Of a stretch of 64,000 nucleotides of DNA, positions 1 to 9,475 are shown in pieces; the first letter of the stretch is position 1, and each line of letters opens with the position of its first letter. The notes under the pieces were generated by a model. That model had not been told where the DNA came from. It searched no databases and worked only from the letters and a program-made list of their open reading frames with translations. The translations under genes and the position numbers were made by a program. This DNA comes from Bdellovibrionales bacterium (GTDB lineage: Bacteria > Bdellovibrionota > Bdellovibrionia > Bdellovibrionales > UBA1609): positions 32,001-96,000 of the forward strand of contig JAWLHR010000003.1 of the NCBI GenBank assembly GCA_041690295.1. Reading direction: 5' to 3'.

Positions 1-183
1 AAAGTTATGATGCTTCCGGGTCAATACGAAATGGCTCAGGAAGCCAGTGAACGGCTTCGAAAAATAGAAGGCTTTGTTGAATACTGCGGGTGGAGCATCG
101 CGCCCATCCGGGTTAAGCGCATCGTGCGGTCCGACTACGACCCGCGGGAAAAATCGATTTTCGGCACCCGCGAGTGGTGGTGA
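1..183 (+). CDS. 3' end of a hypothetical protein (runs off the window start)
   Basis: Frame 1 is open from base 1 to TGA at 181-183 (KVMMLPGQYEMAQEA...IFGTREWW*). It converges on the next gene with a 5-bp gap. No motif recognised. Confidence 0.45.
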   Translation, partial: KVMMLPGQYEMAQEASERLRKIEGFVEYCGWSIAPIRVKRIVRSDYDPREKSIFGTREWW

Positions 184-188
184 TCACC

Positions 189-1445
189 TTAGCGCCAATT
201 TTCCAGTTCGCTTAAACGTTGCCTATAGACGGAATCCAGGCAGTCGACGTCATTGGAACACGCATCTCTTTTTCGCAGCCACGCGCGCTGCTCCTGGAGC
301 AGTCGGTTTTGTAAATTCCGCGGCAGAGCGTGTCGGAGTCTACCCAGCTCCAAAGCCATTCTATTGTCTTGAATCGTTAACATCACGTCGTCACAAATCG
401 CTTTTTCAGCAAGTTTGTTGGCTGTCCGGCAATCAAAGCTCGGTGAAGAGTAGTACGAGTATGTTTCGAAAACTTCGGCATCTTTCGTGTAAGGCGCGGT
501 GACTCCTTTGACGAAATCAATGTGCGCCGCCAAGTTCACGAAGTAACCTTCGAGTAGCGAGCCATAGCTGGTGATCCCAAGAAGAACTGGATTCCCCTTA
601 CGATCGAAGACGAATACCGGACCACCACTATCGCCGCCTCGCGTGTCATGCACGGTGACTGTCCGGTCGAGAATTGGAGTCGTGGTCTCATCCGCCGCGG
701 AGCGGACGCAAAACAGCTCCTTGGGCTCAAGAAAGCTGGCGCTCTCTTTCGTGCACCGGCCCCATTTATGACCCTTTTCCCCATTGTAGATGTATTTTCC
801 AATGTATTTGGCGTCACCGTAGAGTTCGCTGCAACCTTCTCGCCGGCAATCACCCAGTCCGAAACCAGCGATGAGCGCGCTAACTCTTCCGTCCTCGTGC
901 CTGTAAAGGACTTTATGGAAGACCTGCAGGAGCGATCCGTTATCCACGGAGTCGATGAAGTCCGGGAACCACACCCGCTGGTTATTCTTCTTCGCCCGCC
1001 ATTTGTAGATCTGCCACATATACTCAACCGCGGTGAGCGCGACGTATGGATTGTCCCGATCCCTCTCATCATCAAAAACCAAGGCGGCTAAATCGTATTC
1101 CGTCCAATTGTTCTTACCGTCGACGCGCCTGGCGTAACCTTTATGAACATAGGCGAGGCTGGCATTGATCGGATTCGGGTCGCCTTTATAGAGTTTGATT
1201 TTAACTTTCTGGACACGACCATTGTCGTCGATCACGCAGTGGGCGGCGGTCAGGATTACATCTTTCAAAATCCGCACGCCCGTGCAGGCTCCAGTTTTGG
1301 TCTGGAGAAACCTCAGAAATCCGAACTTTGACCCCTGGACAAATTCAATGGGAACCCCGCCGCTGATCGCACTGGCGGGCAATGGAGCCATCGATATCAT
1401 GAAAGAAAGGCAGGCCAATTTCATGCAGTCATAGAAGATTTTCAT
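189..1445 (-). CDS. Secreted trypsin-like (S1) serine protease with C-terminal LprI/DUF1311-like domain
   Basis: Signal peptide (..PLPASA). LTAAHC (His), YDLA (Asp) and GDSGGP (Ser) motifs. C-terminal PSFDC..AEKAIC..EQRAWL..RDAC..CL..Y..R is typical of LprI. SD GAGGA upstream. Confidence 0.85.
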   Translation of the reverse strand: MKIFYDCMKLACLSFMISMAPLPASAISGGVPIEFVQGSKFGFLRFLQTKTGACTGVRILKDVILTAAHCVIDDNGRVQKVKIKLYKGDPNPINASLAYVHKGYARRVDGKNNWTEYDLAALVFDDERDRDNPYVALTAVEYMWQIYKWRAKKNNQRVWFPDFIDSVDNGSLLQVFHKVLYRHEDGRVSALIAGFGLGDCRREGCSELYGDAKYIGKYIYNGEKGHKWGRCTKESASFLEPKELFCVRSAADETTTPILDRTVTVHDTRGGDSGGPVFVFDRKGNPVLLGITSYGSLLEGYFVNLAAHIDFVKGVTAPYTKDAEVFETYSYYSSPSFDCRTANKLAEKAICDDVMLTIQDNRMALELGRLRHALPRNLQNRLLQEQRAWLRKRDACSNDVDCLDSVYRQRLSELENWR

Positions 1446-1491
1446 CTGGAGTCCTCTAAATTTATTGGTAATTATCGAGATACGGAAACCT

Positions 1492-1507
1492 TGCGAATTT
1501 TATGCCT
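1492..1507 (-). promoter_or_regulatory. Possible sigma-54 promoter of the protease gene
   Basis: Minus strand AGGCATAAAATTCGCA gives GG-N10-GC, an imperfect match to TGGCAC-N5-TTGC. Confidence 0.35.
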
Positions 1508-1623
1508 TTCAAGCAACCGACGGCACGGTGGAATAGTCCGTGGAAGGTCTTTGGCGAATTTGCGTTTTGTTTCATATATCCGTACAATTTGACCGACACG
1601 TTAGAACTCAGATTGGGGGGCCG

Positions 1624-1943
1624 ATGAAATTGTTTTTGGCGCTGAACTTTTTTTCCGGGTTAAATTGTTTCGCCGCCACTCCTAACGAGTGCTTGGACGG
1701 GAATTTCGCCGCGGCAAAGAGATTTTCAATAAATACGGAAGCACTTCAGATAAAACCGGCGCCGTCGAGCTCTTTACGAAGGCTTGCGCGTCCCAAAGGC
1801 TCCGAGTTGTTTGTCAAATTACTTCAACCGAAAAAGCTGAGACCCTGAAAAAGAGTCTCGATTTAGCGAAGCCTGAAATGGCGCTTTTCGTGATCAACGG
1901 TAAGGACCTCGACAAAATCTATCAAATCAGCCAAGCAAGGTAG
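1624..1943 (+). pseudogene. Frameshifted small secreted Cys-pair (Sel1/Hcp-like) protein
   Basis: ATG at 1624 after a G-rich SD gives signal peptide MKLFLALNFFSGLNCFA and ECLDGNFAA. The reading continues in another frame as KEIFNKYG..AVELFTKAC. Adding one T at ~1714 restores GNFAAC-KEIF. Confidence 0.55.
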
Positions 1944-1990
1944 GGTTCGCGGATTTTCGTTTTTCCTCCCCAAGTTACCTTTCGCTCGCG

Positions 1991-2015
1991 CCGAAATCGC
2001 ATCCTGCGATTTCGG
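1991..2015. repeat. Perfect 11-bp-stem hairpin in the tRNA 3' trailer
   Basis: CCGAAATCGCA-TCC-TGCGATTTCGG. Confidence 0.8.
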
Positions 2016-2061
2016 TCGAACTCCGCGATGCACGCCGGTCGTTCTCAATTCCCCCCCTCGT

Positions 2062-2105
2062 CGCCAAATAAAAAAGGACCCGTTTGGGTCCTTTTTTATT
2101 TGGCG
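2062..2105. terminator. Bidirectional intrinsic terminator / 20-bp perfect inverted repeat overlapping the tRNA CCA end
   Basis: CGCCAAATAAAAAAGGACCC-GTTT-GGGTCCTTTTTTATTTGGCG, with T tracts on both strands. Confidence 0.85.
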
Positions 2106-2190
2106 GAGAGGGGGAGATTCGAACTCCCGAGGGCCTTACGACCCTGCCGGTTTTCAAGACCGGTGCAATCGACCACTCTGCCACCTCTCC
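2101..2190 (-). tRNA. tRNA-Ser (anticodon TGA)
   Basis: Reverse complement GGAGAGGTGGCAGAGTGGTCGATTGCACCGGTCT-TGA-AAACCGG...GGGAGTTCGAATCTCCCCCTCTCCGCCA. 90 nt, long variable arm, G discriminator, encoded CCA. Confidence 0.97.
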
Positions 2191-2205
2191 AATGTGGCTT
2201 AACGC

Positions 2206-3477
2206 TTATAGCGAATCAAAATACTTCTTGAGCGCTCCCGGGACAACCACAGAGCCGTCTTCCTGCTGATAATTTTCTAAAATGGCGATCAAAGTACGGC
2301 CAATCGCCAGCCCAGAGCCATTTAAGGTGTGGACAAATTGCGGCTTTTCTTTAGGTCCTTCACCCTTGAACCGGATATTGGCCCGTCGAGCTTGGAAATC
2401 CTCGAAGTTCGAACAGGAGCTGATCTCCCGATAGGCGTTCTGCCCGGGCAGCCAAACCTCTAAATCATGACACTTGGCCGCAGCAAAGCCGATATCGCGG
2501 GAGCACAAACTCACCACACGATAGGGCAGCTCCAATAACTGTAAAACCCTTTCCGCGTGATTGGTTAATTGCTCATGAAGCTCGTAGGATTTGTCCGGAT
2601 GAGCGAAGATCACCAATTCCACTTTGTTAAACTGATGCTGGCGGATCAAACCTCGCGTGTCTTTACCGTAACTTCCCGCTTCGGAACGAAAACAAGGTGA
2701 ATAGGCCACGAACTTCACCGGCAAATCACTTTCTTTCAAAATTTCGCCGGCATAATAGTTGGTCACCGGAACTTCGGCGGTCGGGATCATGTGGTAATCC
2801 GTTCCTTCCAGATGAAAAACATCGTCGCGGAATTTTGGAAATTGACCCGTACCGAAAAAGGTTTTCGAGTTGGCGATGAACGGCGGAATCATTTCCTCGT
2901 ATCCGTGTTCACGGGAATGAAGATCCATCATGAATTGAATCAATGCCCGCTCAAGTCGCGCGGCGAATCCGCGCAAGAAGGCGAAACGCGCGCCAGCCAC
3001 CTTTCCGGCCCGCTCGAAATCCAGAATTCCCAATTTTTCGCCGATTTCAAAATGCTCTTTGGGTTTAAATGAAAAACTGCGTTTCACTCCTTCAGCACGA
3101 AGAACAACGTTGTCTTCAGCGCTTTCACCCACCGGCACGGACGAGTGAAGTTTGTTCGGCAATTTCGCGACGACTTCTTTCAGTTCTTCCTCGGCCTCGG
3201 AAACTTTTTGATCCAGTTGCTTCACCTCGGCGGCCAGCCCCTGCATCTGCTTGAGCAGTTCCGAGGCGTCCTCTTTATTGCGTTTTAACCGTGCGATCTC
3301 CTCGCCGACTTTGTTTTGATTGGATCGCAAAGATTCTTGCTGGGTGATGATCTGCCGGCGCTTTTGGTTAAGCGCCAGGATCTTATCGACCCAAGCGGGA
3401 TCCTCACCTCGGTTTTTAAGGGATCGACGGTATTCGTCGGCAAATTCAGGTTTTTCGAGAGCTCGGACATCAATCAT
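2206..3477 (-). CDS. serS: Serine--tRNA ligase
   Basis: N-terminal coiled-coil arm; [36 protein letters not shown] and HTLNGSGLA motifs. Confidence 0.98.
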   Translation of the reverse strand: MIDVRALEKPEFADEYRRSLKNRGEDPAWVDKILALNQKRRQIITQQESLRSNQNKVGEEIARLKRNKEDASELLKQMQGLAAEVKQLDQKVSEAEEELKEVVAKLPNKLHSSVPVGESAEDNVVLRAEGVKRSFSFKPKEHFEIGEKLGILDFERAGKVAGARFAFLRGFAARLERALIQFMMDLHSREHGYEEMIPPFIANSKTFFGTGQFPKFRDDVFHLEGTDYHMIPTAEVPVTNYYAGEILKESDLPVKFVAYSPCFRSEAGSYGKDTRGLIRQHQFNKVELVIFAHPDKSYELHEQLTNHAERVLQLLELPYRVVSLCSRDIGFAAAKCHDLEVWLPGQNAYREISSCSNFEDFQARRANIRFKGEGPKEKPQFVHTLNGSGLAIGRTLIAILENYQQEDGSVVVPGALKKYFDSL

Positions 3478-3505
3478 GTACGCTTCTACCTTTGACCCGG
3501 AGCGG

Positions 3506-3799
3506 TTAGCCCGGGGCGATCAGAATGTACATGCGAAGCAAGAGCCCGATCAAGACACAAATCAGGTTGAAAATGAGGACCTGAGCCCAACTCCAGGCTC
3601 TCATGATACGCAACAGGGCGCCGCAGACCGCGACAATCACGAAAATGAAGGAAAACCATCCATAATCGATGATTTCATCGCCGATCAACGCCAGCGTGAG
3701 CCCCAAAAACAGGCCCGTAAAGATCTTTAGACTTAATAACCCCATCGCATTGGTTGAGGTTTTCATCTTGTCTTGAAGAGTGCCGATCATATTGGACAT
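3506..3799 (-). CDS. Small 3-TM membrane protein
   Basis: Three hydrophobic segments; in operon between the TPR gene and serS. Confidence 0.75.
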   Translation of the reverse strand: MSNMIGTLQDKMKTSTNAMGLLSLKIFTGLFLGLTLALIGDEIIDYGWFSFIFVIVAVCGALLRIMRAWSWAQVLIFNLICVLIGLLLRMYILIAPG

Positions 3800-3808
3800 A
3801 AGGACATT

Positions 3809-6601
3809 TTAAAGCCTGCGCCCGCTCTGTAAAGCTGAAATTCGATCTTCGATCTGCTGGCGGTCCGGCGCATCCGGATCCAACGCGAAATACTGGCGAT
3901 AGGCTTCGATCGCGTGAGCCGTGTCGCCTTTCACCTCGTAAATCGCACCCTGTTCTTTATAGATTTCCGCCAAACCCGACTCTTTGGTGGCGGCCACATT
4001 CAACATCGCCATTGCGGCATCCAAGTTACCCGCTTTCCGGTAACATTGGGCGAGCTTTACGTAAATATTCGCCTGCTGGGGACGAAGTTTGATGGCCTTT
4101 TGATACTCGGAGGCGCAATGGCTGTACTGTTGCATCAGCGAGTGCGCCTCGGCCGCGAGGAGATAGGCATCGGCCAGGTTCGGATTGGCCTTTTTCTCCT
4201 GCTCCGTGTAGGTTAACGCCGCCTTGGGATCGTTTTCCAGGAGAGCCGCCCGGCCCAATTGGTAATGCACGCGGGGATAAAGCTTATTGATGGTTAACAC
4301 CCGTTGAAACTGAACGGCCGCTTCCCTCGGGCGCTTCAAGTCCAGGTAAATCGCGCCGGCCATGAACAACGGTTCCGCATCCGCCGGATCAAGCACGGCG
4401 GCTTTCAATAAAAGGTCCAAGGCTTCTTCAATCTGACCCTGGGCACGAAGCACCTTGGAGAGCTCCACGTAAGCTTCTTTGGGTTTTTCTTCGAGTTTAA
4501 TGATTTGCCGGAAGATTTCCTCAGCCTGAGCGTATCGTTCATCCGCCAAATGCATTTTTCCGAGAGCCAAACGATATTCCGTCACGAGCGAATAGTTGTT
4601 CACGAGGCGCAAAAGATAATCGATGCCCACATCAACGCCTTGAAGCCCGGCTAGTGCCTCGGCATAGGCCACTTGGGCTTTACGATGATTCACGTCCATC
4701 TCAACGGCTTTGGATGCGTAATTGAACGCCATCTTGAAATCGCGCAAAATGATCGAGGCTTGCGCCATCAAGATTAAAGTTTCCACATCGTTTTCGAAAA
4801 GCTGCAAAGCTCTCTTGCCAAAGGAAATCACGCCTTTCGCGTTATTGCGCTTGAGTTCAAGCATGGCGTAGCCGCGATACACTTCATGGCTTCGCGGATT
4901 CACTCTTTTGGCGGATTCAAGAACCCGGGCCGCGGCCAAGAAGTTATAGCGTTGAGCCTGATAATCGGCCAGAGTCACATAGGCTTCGATCAATTTGGGA
5001 TCGGTCTTGATGGCCCGGTTTAACCATTCGATGGCTTCCGTACTGAAACTCAGCTTCCATAAACATTGCGCGGCTTTCAGCGCGGCGAGAGGATTGTTTT
5101 CCTGTTCGAAAGCGGCTTTATAGTGAGCTTGAGCCGCGTGATAGTCTCCCTCGCGAAAAAACTGATCCCCTTCATGCATCAACTGACCGGTTTTTGTTTT
5201 TTGTTTTTTAAGCGTTTTCACGCCACCGATCTGAACGATCAGGTTCTTGGCCATGTTGTTCGAGGAGTTCAATGAATACGCCTTTTCGGCATATCTGAGC
5301 GCGGTGGCATTATCTCCGCGATTCAGCGCGATCTCGGCCAAACCAAAAAATCCACGGGAGAGTACGCTTCTTGGCGCGTTGTCGTTTTCCAACGCCTGCT
5401 TAAGGTAGCTTTCTCCTTGTTCGTTGCGGTTGAACTGCTTGTATTCGAGCAGACCCAGTTCAATTCGAGCCACCGTGTGCGCCGGATTGTTTCTTAGAAT
5501 ATTGCGATAGAGGTTTCCCGCATCATTGTAGCGTTCAAGCTTGGTGAGCGCCTGAGCTTCGAGCACGAAGGGCAAAATCCACTGAGGCCAGAGTTTCTGC
5601 GCCGATTTTAAGTATCCTATCGCCGGCATGTGCTCGTTGGTGTTCTCAAGCAGCTGACCTTTCAAATAGTAAAACAAGATCGGCGGTTGGCGGGTGTGGG
5701 ACCAGGAATCGAGCACGGACTCCACCAAACTTTTCGCCTCTTGATAACGATTGCGAACAGCGAGGTCGACGGCACGGCACGCGGCGGAGTTGGCGCCGCC
5801 GGGATCCACGGCCGAACTCATCTGCACGACGGACGCGATCACCTTCGAGTCCGAAGTGTCCTGATAAGCGTAGGGCCAAAGTTGCAGATAAGTGACGCAC
5901 AACAAGGCCATCGCTTCGGAATTTTTGCTGTCCCGTTCGATAATATAAACAAAATCGTTTTGAGCCTTGAGATAACCGTCCAGAGTGTCTTTGAGGAATT
6001 CCGTAAAACCACGATGCACGCGGCCCCGTAAAGTTTCCGGAGCCACTTGCGCTTGATTCCTTTGCGGGGCGATCAAACGGATGCGACCCTTCTCTTGAGT
6101 GGCTGAAAAGAACACGCCGGCTCCGACGGCCAGACCCACCATGATCACCAGCAAAGGAAGTCTCGCGCGACGAAGAACGGCTTTCATCACCTGCGGCCGC
6201 ACGTCGACAAGTTCAATGTCCTCGGGGCGCTTCTTTCGTTTCTTGCGCTTTGGTTTCGCCTCTTCGATGGTTTCAGAAACCGGGCCGGGCTGGGTGGTGG
6301 CTTGATCGGGTGGAACCACATTCATGGAGCTGGTGACCGGCCGAGTGAACTCCAGCACGCTTGTTTCCTCACTCATTTCACGATTTGGATCTTTCGAAAG
6401 GACTTCGAGCAACTTGTCGTAGAATTGAGGATCCTGTGAAATCGGAATCCACTTCCCATCCGGGTAAAGAGCGATGTACTCCTCACCCGAGAATTCCCCA
6501 CGACCGATTTTGTAAAGGACCTTTTCGGTCGTGAACGGGCCTTCCAGCTGGCCCGCTGCATCGCGAATGATCCACCGTCTGTTGCCTTGTTCCATCCCCA
6601 C
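3809..6601 (-). CDS. GYF_2-like domain + single TM + extended TPR array protein
   Basis: N-terminal W.I.D..G..EGPF...G.F...W pattern (GYF_2/DUF4339-like). Basic patch, TM at ~aa 149-166, then many TPR repeats. Confidence 0.85.
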   Translation of the reverse strand: MGMEQGNRRWIIRDAAGQLEGPFTTEKVLYKIGRGEFSGEEYIALYPDGKWIPISQDPQFYDKLLEVLSKDPNREMSEETSVLEFTRPVTSSMNVVPPDQATTQPGPVSETIEEAKPKRKKRKKRPEDIELVDVRPQVMKAVLRRARLPLLVIMVGLAVGAGVFFSATQEKGRIRLIAPQRNQAQVAPETLRGRVHRGFTEFLKDTLDGYLKAQNDFVYIIERDSKNSEAMALLCVTYLQLWPYAYQDTSDSKVIASVVQMSSAVDPGGANSAACRAVDLAVRNRYQEAKSLVESVLDSWSHTRQPPILFYYLKGQLLENTNEHMPAIGYLKSAQKLWPQWILPFVLEAQALTKLERYNDAGNLYRNILRNNPAHTVARIELGLLEYKQFNRNEQGESYLKQALENDNAPRSVLSRGFFGLAEIALNRGDNATALRYAEKAYSLNSSNNMAKNLIVQIGGVKTLKKQKTKTGQLMHEGDQFFREGDYHAAQAHYKAAFEQENNPLAALKAAQCLWKLSFSTEAIEWLNRAIKTDPKLIEAYVTLADYQAQRYNFLAAARVLESAKRVNPRSHEVYRGYAMLELKRNNAKGVISFGKRALQLFENDVETLILMAQASIILRDFKMAFNYASKAVEMDVNHRKAQVAYAEALAGLQGVDVGIDYLLRLVNNYSLVTEYRLALGKMHLADERYAQAEEIFRQIIKLEEKPKEAYVELSKVLRAQGQIEEALDLLLKAAVLDPADAEPLFMAGAIYLDLKRPREAAVQFQRVLTINKLYPRVHYQLGRAALLENDPKAALTYTEQEKKANPNLADAYLLAAEAHSLMQQYSHCASEYQKAIKLRPQQANIYVKLAQCYRKAGNLDAAMAMLNVAATKESGLAEIYKEQGAIYEVKGDTAHAIEAYRQYFALDPDAPDRQQIEDRISALQSGRRL

Positions 6602-6749
6602 TCATTATTTTATATAGATTCACTGACACGAGATACCCCTTTTATGGAGCGCCGCGCGCCCAGTTCCACATTGGGTCTTTGGTCTCAGTTTGGTTCCCAT
6701 CTTATAAATTGTTGAAATTTCAACGGTAATGAACACCCTCTCGATGTTC

Positions 6750-6764
6750 GTCTCAATTTGAGAC
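6750..6764. promoter_or_regulatory. Palindromic operator/UAS GTCTCA-N3-TGAGAC
   Basis: GTCTCAATTTGAGAC, ~42 bp upstream of a sigma-54 promoter; extra half-site at 6682-6687. Confidence 0.55.
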
Positions 6765-6805
6765 CGACTGACCAGCCTTAGGCTCAATTGAATGGCTGCT
6801 CACGA

Positions 6806-6821
6806 TGGCACCTCGCTTGCT
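6806..6821 (+). promoter_or_regulatory. Sigma-54 (-24/-12) promoter
   Basis: TGGCACCTCGCTTGCT is an exact TGGCAC-N5-TTGC match, 38 bp before the ATG at 6859. Confidence 0.75.
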
Positions 6822-6858
6822 CTAGTGGTTTGTCATGTCTGCACGCCGGGGGGCTTTA

Positions 6859-7296
6859 ATGAAAACCATTCTTTTCACAATCTACGTTGTAACTGTTCTT
6901 CTTTTTTCGGGTCTTGCTCGCGCCAACACGATCATGAGCGTCTTGCCGGTTCAAAAACCGAATTTCAACTCAGCCGTGATGGTTCAACATGTGGCCATTG
7001 ATCAATTCCGTCTGGCCTTGCTTGTTGACGGCCGGATGCCGAATCCGTGTTACCAGGATCCGTCGGCGGTTCTTGTTTTGGATAAAAATGCTCCCAACAC
7101 TTTGATCCTCCGCCTGATCTCTCCGTCCCCCTCCACAAACTGCATTGCGAAAATCAAAGAGTTCCGCACTTTGGTTGATCTTCGCCAATTGGCCCAAGCC
7201 TCGGAACTTCCGCTGGACAATAAGTCCATGTACGTGATCAAGACCGAAGGTTTTGACTTCGCGATGGAAGTTTCCGGCCAAGATTTGATGATGTAG
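6859..7296 (+). CDS. Secreted hypothetical protein with a Cys pair
   Basis: Signal peptide MKTILFTIYVVTVLLFSGLARA; GRMPNPC...TNC. G-rich SD before ATG 6859. Confidence 0.75.
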   Translation: MKTILFTIYVVTVLLFSGLARANTIMSVLPVQKPNFNSAVMVQHVAIDQFRLALLVDGRMPNPCYQDPSAVLVLDKNAPNTLILRLISPSPSTNCIAKIKEFRTLVDLRQLAQASELPLDNKSMYVIKTEGFDFAMEVSGQDLMM

Positions 7297-7313
7297 TTGT
7301 TGTAATGACCTTT

Positions 7314-7356
7314 AGCCCGAGTTCGGCCCCCTCCGACTCGGGTTTATTTTTTTTTT
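7314..7356 (+). terminator. Intrinsic terminator
   Basis: GCCCGAGTTCGG-CCCCT-CCGACTCGGGT followed by a long T run. Confidence 0.75.
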
Positions 7357-7365
7357 CGGCCTTGT

Positions 7366-8619
7366 TTAATTCACTCTGCGGATGTCGGCGCCAAGTTTTG
7401 AGAGCTTGGCTTCCATGTTTTCGTAACCGCGATCCAGATGGTAAATCCGATTCACCACGGTTTCGCCTTTCGCCACGAGACCGGCCAAAACCAGACAAGC
7501 ACTGGCCCGTAAATCGGTGGCCATGACGGGAGCGCCTTGCAAACGCCCCGGAGTGCCGCGCACAACCGCCACTCGCGTTTTGGGCGTGATGTCCGCATTG
7601 AGTCGCACCAATTCCTGAACATGCATAAAGCGGTTTTCGAACACGGTTTCCGTGATCACGCTGGTTCCCTGCGCTTGGCACATGAGGGCCATGAACTGAG
7701 CTTGAAGATCGGTGGGAAAGGCCGGGTGCGGTGAAGTGGTTATGTCCACACCTTTCCAACCCGAACAGGAGTGCACGGTCACCGCATTTTTCTCCTGCGT
7801 GATTTGAAATCCGCTCTCACGCATTTTACTAATCAAAGCGTCCACATCCTCGGGCTGACAGTCAGTCACGGTCACTTCACCACCCGTGATCGCACCGGCG
7901 ATCATCAGTGTTCCCGTTTCAATGCGATCAGGGATCACCGTGTGCTCGGCCGGGCGCAAACGATCAACACCTTGAATGTGAATGATACTTGAACCCGCGC
8001 CGCTGATTTTAGCGCCCATTTTGTTCAGATAATTCGCAAGATCGACGATCTCAGGTTCTTTGGCGGCGTTCTCGATCCAAGTTTCGCCATCCGCGAGTGT
8101 CGCCGCCATCATCAGATTTTCAGTTCCGCCCACGGTGGGCGATTCAAAGAGAATCTTCGTTCCACTTAAACGCGAAGTTTTGCCGAGAACGTAACCGGAA
8201 TCCACGTTGATCTCGGCGCCCATCGACCTTAAGCCTTCGATATGCAAATCAATCGGTCGCGTTCCAATGGCGCAACCGCCGGGCAAACTGACTTTGGCTT
8301 CCTTGTAGCGCGCCATAAGCGGTCCTAAGCAAAGAATACTGGCGCGCATTTTTCGAACGATGTCGTAAGGCGCCTCGATATTTCGTTGACCGCTTACAAA
8401 CACCCGTAATGTGTTTTGCTGGTGGGACACTTCGCAGCCAAGAACTTGCAAAAGCTGCGCGGCGGAGCTGACGTCCGCGAGGCGAGGAACATTATGAAAA
8501 ACGTGCTCACCCTCGGCCAGGAGGGTGGCGAACATCAACGGCAAGGTTGAGTTTTTCGCCCCACTGGCTCTCACTTCACCGGACAACTTTTTTCCGCCTC
8601 GCACCGCCATTTTATCCAT
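7366..8619 (-). CDS. murA: UDP-N-acetylglucosamine 1-carboxyvinyltransferase
   Basis: [23 protein letters not shown] (catalytic Cys), FPTDLQAQ and TDLRAS. Start MDKM after SD GAGGTG. Confidence 0.97.
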   Translation of the reverse strand: MDKMAVRGGKKLSGEVRASGAKNSTLPLMFATLLAEGEHVFHNVPRLADVSSAAQLLQVLGCEVSHQQNTLRVFVSGQRNIEAPYDIVRKMRASILCLGPLMARYKEAKVSLPGGCAIGTRPIDLHIEGLRSMGAEINVDSGYVLGKTSRLSGTKILFESPTVGGTENLMMAATLADGETWIENAAKEPEIVDLANYLNKMGAKISGAGSSIIHIQGVDRLRPAEHTVIPDRIETGTLMIAGAITGGEVTVTDCQPEDVDALISKMRESGFQITQEKNAVTVHSCSGWKGVDITTSPHPAFPTDLQAQFMALMCQAQGTSVITETVFENRFMHVQELVRLNADITPKTRVAVVRGTPGRLQGAPVMATDLRASACLVLAGLVAKGETVVNRIYHLDRGYENMEAKLSKLGADIRRVN

Positions 8620-8623
8620 GAAG

Positions 8624-9475
8624 TCACCTCTCTTTAAAACCCGATATGACACGGACGATTCCCGAAAGATCTTGATGGGATTCCACCCGTGTGAACCCGG
8701 CTTCCGACATTATCGCCGTCACTTTCCCGCTTTGACCAGCCCCGATTTCCATCACCATTAATCCACCCGTCTCGAGCCAGGAGAAAGCCTTTGGGATCCA
8801 GCGCCGAATGGCTTCCAAGCCATCTTGCCCGGCGAAGAGCGCCGCACGCGGTTCGTATTTTTTAACCGCGCGCTCAACTCGCGGATCGCCTTTGGCGATA
8901 TAGGGCGGATTCGCCACGATCAAATCAAATTTCACCTTGGGTTCATATCGTTCAACGCTGGCATTCACGACTTTTGTACGGCTCGAGATTCCCAACTGCC
9001 GGGCATTGACCCGAGTTAAAGCGCAGGCGGTCTTCGATTTATCAATGGCGATCAAACGGCTGTTGGGCCATTCGAAGGCGAGAGACAAACCGATGCATCC
9101 GCTTCCACAACCGAGATCAGCGATATGGCGAACGTGAAGGCCCGCGTGCGCGGCCCGCCTGATCGCCACTTCGACTACAAGTTCCGTCTCGGGCCGCGGA
9201 ACCAAAACTCCAGGTTTGACTCGAAAAACGTGTTTGAAAAATCCCTTTTGTCCGCTCAGATACGCCAGGGGCATGCCCTGCTTTCGCTTACGTAACCAAG
9301 AGCGAAATTTCCGGATTTGCGCTGGAGTCAGTTTTTTTGACTCACGCAATATCAGATCGGCACTGGATAAACCTAAAAGTGCTTCGACCAATTGGCGGGC
9401 TTCATACAAAGGCTGGTCGAATCCGACGGATCGTAATTCGGCGGCGGCCACATTGATGGATTCACCAATCGTCAC
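8624..9475 (-). CDS. prmC: Release factor glutamine methyltransferase
   Basis: [16 protein letters not shown] and NPPY motifs; directly follows prfA. Confidence 0.95.
   Translation of the reverse strand: MTIGESINVAAAELRSVGFDQPLYEARQLVEALLGLSSADLILRESKKLTPAQIRKFRSWLRKRKQGMPLAYLSGQKGFFKHVFRVKPGVLVPRPETELVVEVAIRRAAHAGLHVRHIADLGCGSGCIGLSLAFEWPNSRLIAIDKSKTACALTRVNARQLGISSRTKVVNASVERYEPKVKFDLIVANPPYIAKGDPRVERAVKKYEPRAALFAGQDGLEAIRRWIPKAFSWLETGGLMVMEIGAGQSGKVTAIMSEAGFTRVESHQDLSGIVRVISGFKER

Noticed and set aside
1..2100. Prophage or genomic island at tRNA-Ser
   Set aside because: No integrase, phage gene or direct att repeat is visible in the window. Only accessory-like content is present, so no mobile element was called.
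2101..2190. Possible tRNA-Sec because of the long variable arm and TGA triplet
   Set aside because: The anticodon is TGA (reads UCA, Ser). Sec needs a TCA anticodon and an extended acceptor stem.
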